Source: Gammaproteobacteria bacterium (lineage in GTDB: Bacteria > Pseudomonadota > Gammaproteobacteria > Eutrophobiales > Eutrophobiaceae). Taken from it: a stretch of DNA of 64,000 nt. The position numbers and the translations under genes are program-made. Where the stretch lies: the NCBI GenBank assembly GCA_965116495.1, contig OZ220696.1, forward strand, positions 96,001-160,000, given 5' to 3'. This document shows, in pieces, positions 10,651 to 18,172 of the stretch (position 1 is its first letter; each line of letters begins with the position of its first letter). The notes below the pieces were generated by a model. The model saw nothing but the letters and a program-made list of their open reading frames with translations. It was not told the origin of the DNA and did no database searches.

Positions 10651-11820
10651 ATGAACAATTGTTTCTCGTCACTGCTCGATGTTGCCGGCAGCGATCAGCC
10701 CTGTGTACTGGTGACGGTTGCCCATGTGGCAGGTTCGGCGCCGCGCGAAGCAGGTGCGCGCATGATCGTGACCCCTGCGCAGGTATTGGGCACTATCGGC
10801 GGCGGGAATCTTGAATTTGAAGCCATACGCATTGCACGGTCCCGGCTGGATGAACTGCAAACGCCGGGTTCGCAACGCTTTATCGAATTGTTCCCCCTCG
10901 GTTCCATGCTGCAGCAATGTTGCGGCGGTGCGGTCTTCCTGCATTTTGATGTAGTAAGGGACGGACAGGCCGGTTGGGTATCCGTAGCCGCTGATAGCGA
11001 ACAGAACAACATCCCCGCGCTATTGGTGAGCCGAACAATACAAAATGAGTCGGATTCTGCTGCGCCATTCCCGCGCAAGCGGGAATCCAGTGGAATCACT
11101 TCCGCTGCAAGCGGACTGTATTCCGGCGCGGGCCCGGCTTCGCTTACCGAAAAAATGATGTTCACGGAAACAGGTATTACGGGTAGCCTGGGCGATAAAG
11201 ACCTGGACGATCTCGCGGCGGCAAAAGCGGCCGCGCTCCTGTCCGCACAGGGAGCGCCGCAAACGTCCCTGCTGCATCCCCTGGTCGAGACGCAATCGAC
11301 CCTGCCCGATATCTCCGATGTCCTGTTTTTCGAAGCGATCATGCCCTGTGATTTCCAGGTCGTATTGTTCGGCGCCGGTCACGTGGGCCGCGCCCTGGTG
11401 AGTGCCCTGGCCGGCGCCACCCCTTGCCGTATCACCTGGGTGGACAGTCGCGCCGGGCAGTTTCCGCAGGGACTGCCGTCCAACGTAGAGCCCCGGCTCA
11501 CCGATAACCCTGTCGCGGAAATCGACGGCCTGTCCGGGCAAGCGTATTGCCTGGTCATGACGCACAGCCATCAACTCGACCAGGACCTGTGTGAAGCCCT
11601 CTTGCAGAGGGATGATCTCGCTTTCATCGGCTTGATCGGGTCGGCAACCAAACACCGGCGTTTTGTGCAGAGACTGGGCGAAAAAGGCCTGGGTGAACGG
11701 CAACTGGAACGGCTCACCTGTCCCATCGGCATTCCCGGCATAGAATCAAAAGAACCCGGCGTCATCGCCGTGTCCGTTGCCGCCCAGTTGCTTAAAATTA
11801 GATCCGCAGATTTAAATTAA
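10651..11820 (+). CDS. xdhC: Xanthine dehydrogenase accessory protein
   Basis: GSAPREAGARM, GTIGGGNLE, QCCGG, LFGAGHVG, VMTHSHQLD, GLIGSATK, CPIG; alternative GTG start at 10621. Confidence 0.93.
   Translation: MNNCFSSLLDVAGSDQPCVLVTVAHVAGSAPREAGARMIVTPAQVLGTIGGGNLEFEAIRIARSRLDELQTPGSQRFIELFPLGSMLQQCCGGAVFLHFDVVRDGQAGWVSVAADSEQNNIPALLVSRTIQNESDSAAPFPRKRESSGITSAASGLYSGAGPASLTEKMMFTETGITGSLGDKDLDDLAAAKAAALLSAQGAPQTSLLHPLVETQSTLPDISDVLFFEAIMPCDFQVVLFGAGHVGRALVSALAGATPCRITWVDSRAGQFPQGLPSNVEPRLTDNPVAEIDGLSGQAYCLVMTHSHQLDQDLCEALLQRDDLAFIGLIGSATKHRRFVQRLGEKGLGERQLERLTCPIGIPGIESKEPGVIAVSVAAQLLKIRSADLN
11064..11091. repeat. dRS3/RPE-like palindrome (family A) translated within xdhC
   Basis: ATTCCC-GCGCAAGC-GGGAAT followed by CCAGT; matches intergenic family-A copies at 39.9 kb and 46.4 kb. 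Confidence 0.8.
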
Positions 11821-12001
11821 TCCGCAGATGACGCAGATGTATAAGAATTATAAGTTCAGAAAAAATGTGACCGCCCCTGTTCCAGGTCAAACCTGCGCGT
11901 CAATTATATTTGATAAGAAATCCTGGCTAACCGAGTCCTGTTTCCCGTAACCGTAATATTTATATTATCATCTGCGTAAATCTGCGCTTGTGCTGCGGAT
12001 A
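11801..12001. mobile_element. MITE-like element with inverted CGCAGAT / ATCTGCG tandem arms (family D)
   Basis: Left ATCCGCAGATGACGCAGATGTATAAGAATT, right ATCTGCGTAAATCTGCG..CTGCGGAT; second copy at 58172-58292. Confidence 0.65.
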
Positions 12002-12006
12002 AATTT

Positions 12007-13224
12007 ATGATCGAAGCATACATATTTGAATGGTTGAACCTGCTGCTGCGCTGGGCACACCTGATCGTGGGTATTGCCTGGATCGGTTCGTCATTTTATT
12101 TCGTCTGGCTCGATTTGAATCTGAACATCCCTCCCCGGGATCCGGAAGACGAGGCGGTTGCCGGCGACCTGTGGGCGGTACACGGTGGCGGTTTTTACCA
12201 TGCGCAGAAGTACAAGGTGGCGCCCGGTAAATTGCCCGAGCCCCTGCACTGGTTCAAGTGGGAGGCCTATACTACCTGGTTGACCGGCTTTGCCTTGCTG
12301 GTGCTGATGTATTACGTCAATGCTGATGTGTACCTTATCGATAAAACCGTCGCTAATATAACCCCGGACATGGCTGTTGCCGCAAGCATCGGTTTCATCG
12401 TGGCGGCCTGGGTGATCTACGACCTGTTATGCAGGACCGGCCTGAGTGACTCCTGGATTGGACTGGTCGGCTTTTTATTCCTTGTTGCCGCAGTTTATTT
12501 CATATCGGACCTGTTCAGCGGGCGCGGCGCCTATATGCAAATCGGCGCCATGCTGGGCACCATCATGGCCGCCAATGTACTCATGATAATAATTCCTGGT
12601 CAGCGGGAACTGGTGCAGGCCAAACTGCGCGGCGAAGAACCGGACCCGTTACCAGGTCTCAAGGCCAGACAGCGTTCCGTGCACAACAACTACATCACCC
12701 TGCCGGTGCTGTTCGTCATGTTGAGTCCCCACTATCCCATGACCTACGGACATGAATACGGCTGGTTGCTGCTCATCGCCATCTTCATCGCCGGCGTGTT
12801 GATCCGGCATTTCTTCAACCTGAGAAACCAGGGCAAAACAGCGCCGGCGCTGCTGGTTATCGCCATCATCATCCTGGTACTGGCCGCGTTCGTGGCCGCC
12901 CCGAAATCCAGGGCCATCCCTGACCGGGAGATGGCGGCACAGCCCGCGCAAACCGCCGAACCCGTTTCATTTGCGCAAGTGAACCGGGTAATCGTACAAC
13001 GCTGCAACATCTGCCACTCCGCTGAACCAAACCATCCTACCGCTCCCGTCGCGCCGAACGGCGTGATGTTCGACACCCCGGACCAAATCAGGCAATGGGC
13101 GCAGCGCATCCATGACAGGACCGTCACCAACAGGACCATGCCCCTGGCAAACCTGACGCAGATGACCGGCGAAGAACGTCGACTCGTCGATCGTTGGTAT
13201 AAGACGGGCGCCGAAATAGAATAG
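12007..13224 (+). CDS. puuD: Membrane urate hydroxylase with C-terminal cytochrome c
   Basis: LLRWAHLIVGIAWIGSSFYF, WAVHGGGFY, HWFKWEAY, RSVHNNY, CNICH heme motif. Confidence 0.93.
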   Translation: MIEAYIFEWLNLLLRWAHLIVGIAWIGSSFYFVWLDLNLNIPPRDPEDEAVAGDLWAVHGGGFYHAQKYKVAPGKLPEPLHWFKWEAYTTWLTGFALLVLMYYVNADVYLIDKTVANITPDMAVAASIGFIVAAWVIYDLLCRTGLSDSWIGLVGFLFLVAAVYFISDLFSGRGAYMQIGAMLGTIMAANVLMIIIPGQRELVQAKLRGEEPDPLPGLKARQRSVHNNYITLPVLFVMLSPHYPMTYGHEYGWLLLIAIFIAGVLIRHFFNLRNQGKTAPALLVIAIIILVLAAFVAAPKSRAIPDREMAAQPAQTAEPVSFAQVNRVIVQRCNICHSAEPNHPTAPVAPNGVMFDTPDQIRQWAQRIHDRTVTNRTMPLANLTQMTGEERRLVDRWYKTGAEIE

Positions 13225-13359
13225 AAGCGAGTAAATCCCAACCTCATCCACAGTAGTTTATGGCATTAGCGGTGAACACTGGTATTGTGGGAGAATGTCC
13301 AGGGAGCAGGTAATTGATATAGTGGGATAAAATAGTCTCTTTACTTAAGGTGAGCAGCA

Positions 13360-15141
13360 ATGTCCTGGGACAGCAATAGCATTTTTCGGCAACTTGATCT
13401 TGGTGAGGACAGTCGCGTAGAGTTCAAGGAAGTCGAGTTCATCGAAAACCGCGTGCGTGCGCCACATCGCGACGCTATTGCCGATGAGTTAGCCGCCTTG
13501 GGAAACACGATTGGCGGTACATTAATTTTCAGCGTGTCCGACTCCGGTGAGGTGCGTTCGATGAACCGGCAACAAATGGACGCGTTAGAATCCTTTGTCA
13601 GTGAGATTTGCGCAGACAGTATCCGACCTCCACTGGCATTTATCACCCGACGGCTACCTTTATCTGACGGATCTTCTGTGCTGATCACGGAAGTCGAACA
13701 GAGTGCGTTAGTCCACAAGAGTCCGGGGGGGTATTTGGCCAGACAAGGCAGTTCCAAGCGTGAACTATCATCCGAGGCACTGCAACGTCTGTTCCAACAG
13801 CGAGGCCGTTCCGGATTGCTTGGCCCAGATGAAGTAATCATTGCTGAAACCAGGCAGAAAACATTTGAGGAAAGTCTGGTGGATCGCTTTTTGAGTTCTC
13901 GAGCGATTGAGACCGATATAGTACAACTCACAAAGCTGGGTTTAATGCGGGAAGATGATAACGGAATCCTGCGTGCAACGGTTGCCGGTATTTTACTTTG
14001 TTGTGAGCGCCCGGAAAAATACATACCAGGCGCCATTATCGAAGCAGTTCGCTATCGCGGGACTGTGCTGGGCCGAGCAAGCCAGCACGATGCAGCGACT
14101 ATCACCGGCCCTTTAGACCGGCAGATCCGTGATGCTGTGAACTTCGTCAGGCTTAACACGCGGGTTGCGGCGCGCAAAGATCCCGGACGTATAGAGACAC
14201 ATCAATTCAGTCCCCGAGCGGTGTTTGAGGCTATGGTAAATGCAGTGGTGCATCGCGACTACTCGATTCATAATGAGAAAATACGCCTTTTCATCTTCGA
14301 TGACCGACTTCAAATATACTCGCCAGGCGCCTTGCCCAATACACTGTCTATCGAAGCCATGCGCAACCGGCAAGCGACTCGCAACGAAACCCTTGCATCA
14401 AGCCTGCGTATGCTTGCAGTAGGGGATATCGCCGGCGCCGGCGACAGACAGTATTTCCTTGAGCAACGCGGTGAAGGCGTTCCGATTATTTTCGAACAGA
14501 CCCGGGAATTGACCGGGCGTGACCCGGAATACAAACTGAACGGTGTTGCGGAACTATGTTTGACTATACCCTCTGCTAATCCACCGGTGGAGGGAATCAA
14601 AGGGGAAGTATCGGTAACCAGTTCGGGAAAACCTATTACGGGAGTGAAAGTCGTAACTCTCTATCCCAACAAAACCTGGATGGAAGGAGAAACCGATTCA
14701 TTCGGACGGGTTTCCTTTGGGTTTCATTCACAGCTGCCCATCACTGTCTTCTGTGCGGCGTCAGGGCATGGCGCCGGTGCTGTGCGTGATTGGCATCCAC
14801 CTGATCCCCTCACTGTTGAACTCGAACCACTGCCGCAGGGCGGTTCCGAGATATTCTCGGAGCGAACCGGTCATTTGCCCAATTTAATCGGCAGGCTTAA
14901 CCCAATTCTCGACAACCTCGACCGCATGTATCTCTACGCTACCAACATCGCGATAGATGAAGGAGAACAACAACCGGTGCACTTCAAACTGAAACAGCCC
15001 TTGCGTCTCACCGATATTAACGGGTTTGAGTGGACTGTGCGGTTTATTGAATTTATTGGAAAATCGGCGCTGTTGGAGTACAGGCCGCCAGACTTGGAAG
15101 GACAGGTGGCCGATGAAGATTGCCCCCTGAGTTGGCGTTAA
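13360..15141 (+). CDS. AlbA_2/Schlafen-like domain + HATPase_c_4 (GHKL-like) domain + extra C-terminal beta-rich domain
   Basis: GEDSRVEFKE...ELAALGNTIGGTLIFSVSD; EAMVNAVVHRDY...FDDRLQIYSPG...EQRGEG; C-terminal ~185 aa is not a wHTH. Confidence 0.8.
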   Translation: MSWDSNSIFRQLDLGEDSRVEFKEVEFIENRVRAPHRDAIADELAALGNTIGGTLIFSVSDSGEVRSMNRQQMDALESFVSEICADSIRPPLAFITRRLPLSDGSSVLITEVEQSALVHKSPGGYLARQGSSKRELSSEALQRLFQQRGRSGLLGPDEVIIAETRQKTFEESLVDRFLSSRAIETDIVQLTKLGLMREDDNGILRATVAGILLCCERPEKYIPGAIIEAVRYRGTVLGRASQHDAATITGPLDRQIRDAVNFVRLNTRVAARKDPGRIETHQFSPRAVFEAMVNAVVHRDYSIHNEKIRLFIFDDRLQIYSPGALPNTLSIEAMRNRQATRNETLASSLRMLAVGDIAGAGDRQYFLEQRGEGVPIIFEQTRELTGRDPEYKLNGVAELCLTIPSANPPVEGIKGEVSVTSSGKPITGVKVVTLYPNKTWMEGETDSFGRVSFGFHSQLPITVFCAASGHGAGAVRDWHPPDPLTVELEPLPQGGSEIFSERTGHLPNLIGRLNPILDNLDRMYLYATNIAIDEGEQQPVHFKLKQPLRLTDINGFEWTVRFIEFIGKSALLEYRPPDLEGQVADEDCPLSWR

Positions 15142-15196
15142 TCATCGAACTGACGTTGGATTCTGGCCCTGCTTAAAATATGGCGGGCAGGCTCGC

Positions 15197-15784
15197 TCAG
15201 GAACGTTGAGTACTTATACGGGAAGTTATCGCTGGCGCCAGGATTTCATGTATGAAAGGCCTGTTTTGCCGTATCTCGTCAATGGTCAATCCTTCCAGTG
15301 AAAACGGAAACTTTATCCATTGTTCCGTGGTATGCAGGTAATAATCAGGCTCGCGCCCGGTTTTATTGTGGCTGGGCTTATACCAGGGTACCGCGACCCG
15401 GATATCATCGGGTGTATTTAGCCTTGCCTTTTCACGTATTGTTTCGATGACCGCCTGAATCGTCAAACCGGTATCAAATACGTCATCGACAATGAGTAAT
15501 GAATCGGTGTGATTTATGTTTTTAATCAGGTAGTTCAAGCCATGGACCCGCACATCACGCGCACGTTTTTCTATACCGCTGTAAGATGACGTGCGGATAG
15601 CAATATGGTCGGTTTTAATACCGAAGTATTCGAGTATTTCCTGTACGGCAATGCCGATGGGCGCCCCGCCGCGCCATATCGCGATAATGACTTTTGGTTT
15701 GAATCCGCTGTTCAGAACCTGGCTGCCCAACCTGAACGAGTCTTCAAGCTGGCCTTGTGCGGAGAGATAGAGTTTTTCGGGCAT
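15197..15784 (-). CDS. Type I phosphoribosyltransferase (6-oxopurine PRTase-like)
   Basis: IAIWRGG, RTSSY, PRPP loop LLIVDDVFDTGLT, WIKFP. Confidence 0.88.
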   Translation of the reverse strand: MPEKLYLSAQGQLEDSFRLGSQVLNSGFKPKVIIAIWRGGAPIGIAVQEILEYFGIKTDHIAIRTSSYSGIEKRARDVRVHGLNYLIKNINHTDSLLIVDDVFDTGLTIQAVIETIREKARLNTPDDIRVAVPWYKPSHNKTGREPDYYLHTTEQWIKFPFSLEGLTIDEIRQNRPFIHEILAPAITSRISTQRS

Positions 15785-15908
15785 CGGGAATAATTTTCTA
15801 TTGTGTTGTGTGTGATTATATACTGATGGATACTGAAGAATTATCTTAAATCATTTTTTTCAAGGCGCCGGCATGCCGGGAATGCCCTAATCGTTCTGGA
15901 ATTGAGAA

Positions 15909-16520
15909 TTGGATAAATTATTTATCAGCGCAGAAGAGCAATTGCTGGATTCCTACCGTCTCGGGGTAAAAATCCATGCGAGTGGTTTCAGGCCGGATTT
16001 TATCGTCGGCTTGTGGCGTGGCGGCAGTCCCGTCGGTATCGGCGTACAGGATTGTCTCGAATACCTTGGTGTGAAAACGGATCATATTTCCATACGCACC
16101 TCCTACACCGGCATGGATACCTATACGGACATGATCGAGAATGAATCGGGTATTCGCGTGCACGGACTGCAGTACCTGCTGGAGAACCTGGAAGCGGACA
16201 ACAACCTGTTGATTGTCGATGACGTATACAACACCGGACTGAACGTCAAGGCGGTGATTGACCAGCTGTCTGAAAAAACCCGCAGGAATATGCCTGTGAC
16301 AGTCCGTGTTGCCGTGGTCTGGTATAAACCGGCCAATAACCGAACCGGACGAATACCGGATTATTATTTACATGAAACCGATAAATGGCTGGTATTGCCC
16401 TACGAATTAAGTGGCTTGTCCCTGGATGAAATTTACCGGAATAAGACAGGGGTAAAAGAGATATTTGAAGAGTTGGAAGATATTTTACCTGCGAACGGAA
16501 ATAATCAGGGTGGGTTATAA
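15909..16520 (+). CDS. Second type I phosphoribosyltransferase, paralog of the divergent gene
   Basis: VGLWRGG, RTSY, LLIVDDVYNTGLN, WYKP, PDYYLH, WLVLP; TTG start aligns with the paralog N-terminus. Confidence 0.86.
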   Translation: MDKLFISAEEQLLDSYRLGVKIHASGFRPDFIVGLWRGGSPVGIGVQDCLEYLGVKTDHISIRTSYTGMDTYTDMIENESGIRVHGLQYLLENLEADNNLLIVDDVYNTGLNVKAVIDQLSEKTRRNMPVTVRVAVVWYKPANNRTGRIPDYYLHETDKWLVLPYELSGLSLDEIYRNKTGVKEIFEELEDILPANGNNQGGL

Positions 16521-16588
16521 GTTGTTGTTATCAGCGCTCGTAGGACTCCCGGCGGGAGGATTCGGACAATGTGTTCTCATGAAACAAA

Positions 16589-16792
16589 ATGATAAATTCA
16601 GACGACCCGCCCATGATGCATACCGACCTCACAAACGAATACATGCTCATGATCGATAAGCTCAAATTTGGAATTGAAGACATCAAAACATTTATATTAA
16701 ACGGGGTCGATGGCGCCTGGTTGGATGAGTCAACGAAGCGCCAGTGGCGTTCAGAGTGGTCTGCTGAGATTGACAAGATAATTCTGGAATAA
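16589..16792 (+). pseudogene. C-terminal fragment of an adenosine deaminase-family gene
   Basis: INSDDPPMMHTDL...NGVDGAWLD resembles the ADA C-terminus; in-frame stop at 16580 and no N-terminal part present. Confidence 0.72.
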
Positions 16793-16846
16793 ATTCAGCT
16801 GCCTTATATCGGTAGAACTTTTCATTACAGGTTGTGATTATCAGAA

Positions 16847-18076
16847 ATGAATACAGGTCCGAATAATTCCAGTTTCAGGGGGACACCATTTAATTCGCGC
16901 ACTGAGCCGCTGAATCTTTTCGTGAGATGGATAGCCTGGGATATCTATCATGTCGTAGATGTATTCAGTGGTCTCGATGATGAACTCAAGGCTATTCGTG
17001 AAGAAGTAGCTGTAATTGATATGTCGCCGCTTTCAAAATTTGAGATATCAGGACCGGATGCAGAGCGGTTTACCAACTATGTAATTACACGTGATGCAAG
17101 CAGAATGGAGGTTAATCAGGTCATTTATACACCATGGTGCGACCATAACGGCAAGGTTGTCAGTGACGGCATGGTTTTTCGGATGAACGAAGACAGGTTC
17201 CGTATCACCGGCGATCCGAGTCATGGCTGGCTTAAGCAAAATGCGGGAGGCTTTGACATAACGATTCAGGAAGTTACCCACGATCGTGGAATCCTGTCAT
17301 TACAAGGTCCAAAGTCCCGGGAAGTCCTTGATGCGGCAACAGCAGAGGACTGGTCGGAATTTAAATTCTCACGGATTCGTGTTGTAAAGATAGGGGAAGT
17401 TGAGGTGGAAGTTGCCCGGCAGGGATTTACAGGCGAACACGGCTATGAATTGTGTGTCGCCAATGACGATGCTGAAACATTGTGGGATACGATATTTGAG
17501 GCAGGAAAAGATTTCGGTATTAAACCCGCAGGTTATCTCGCGTTGGATACTGCCCGCATAGAGGCCGGCCTGATCATTCCGGGGCCGGATTTCACCAACG
17601 GCGGGGCGGAAACTGATGCAATCGGTGCCCCGATAGAAGTCGATTCGGAAAATATGGCTTCCCCGTTTGAGCTGGGTGCCGGCCGGTTTGTCGATTTTGA
17701 GGGTGATGATTTCCTGGGTAAAACAGCATTGCTAAATGAAAAGGGAACAGCTGTCAGGCGCAACAGGACAGGATTGCATATTGAATGGCAAGGGATAGCC
17801 GACCTGTTTACCGGGCAAGGATTGGCGCCGGTCGTAGTTCCAACACCGATATGGCACCCGCTAACGGTGATGAAAGATGGCAAAAAGATTGGCCGTGCGA
17901 CCAGTATTGCCTGGAGCCCGACAATTCAAAACGTTATTGCCTTCGGACACCTGGAAAAAGAATATTGCGAACCGGGTACGGATGTAACTGTTGAGTTTTA
18001 TGTCAAGGATAAAGCCGGTCCGGTGAATGCCAGGGTGGTAGATTTACCTTTCATCGATTTACGACGGGCCAAATAA
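16847..18076 (+). CDS. Aminomethyltransferase family protein (GcvT/DmdA/LigM-like, THF-dependent)
   Basis: AIREEVAVIDMSPLSKFEISGPDA, LSLQGPKS, RQGFTGEHGYEL, ARIEAG. Confidence 0.88.
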   Translation: MNTGPNNSSFRGTPFNSRTEPLNLFVRWIAWDIYHVVDVFSGLDDELKAIREEVAVIDMSPLSKFEISGPDAERFTNYVITRDASRMEVNQVIYTPWCDHNGKVVSDGMVFRMNEDRFRITGDPSHGWLKQNAGGFDITIQEVTHDRGILSLQGPKSREVLDAATAEDWSEFKFSRIRVVKIGEVEVEVARQGFTGEHGYELCVANDDAETLWDTIFEAGKDFGIKPAGYLALDTARIEAGLIIPGPDFTNGGAETDAIGAPIEVDSENMASPFELGAGRFVDFEGDDFLGKTALLNEKGTAVRRNRTGLHIEWQGIADLFTGQGLAPVVVPTPIWHPLTVMKDGKKIGRATSIAWSPTIQNVIAFGHLEKEYCEPGTDVTVEFYVKDKAGPVNARVVDLPFIDLRRAK

Positions 18077-18172
18077 AATAATTGATAGTTTTACATCTAT
18101 ATTGTGAGACATGCATAAGTTCCATTGCAAAGATTTTGATTACCTGATTATACGACTGTACGGAGAGAGGCA

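Noticed and set aside
16531-16776. 81-aa minus-strand ORF ending in SESSRRESYER, like the IMPDH-family protein
   Set aside because: The shared tail is only the 39-bp duplication; the rest is antisense to the deaminase fragment
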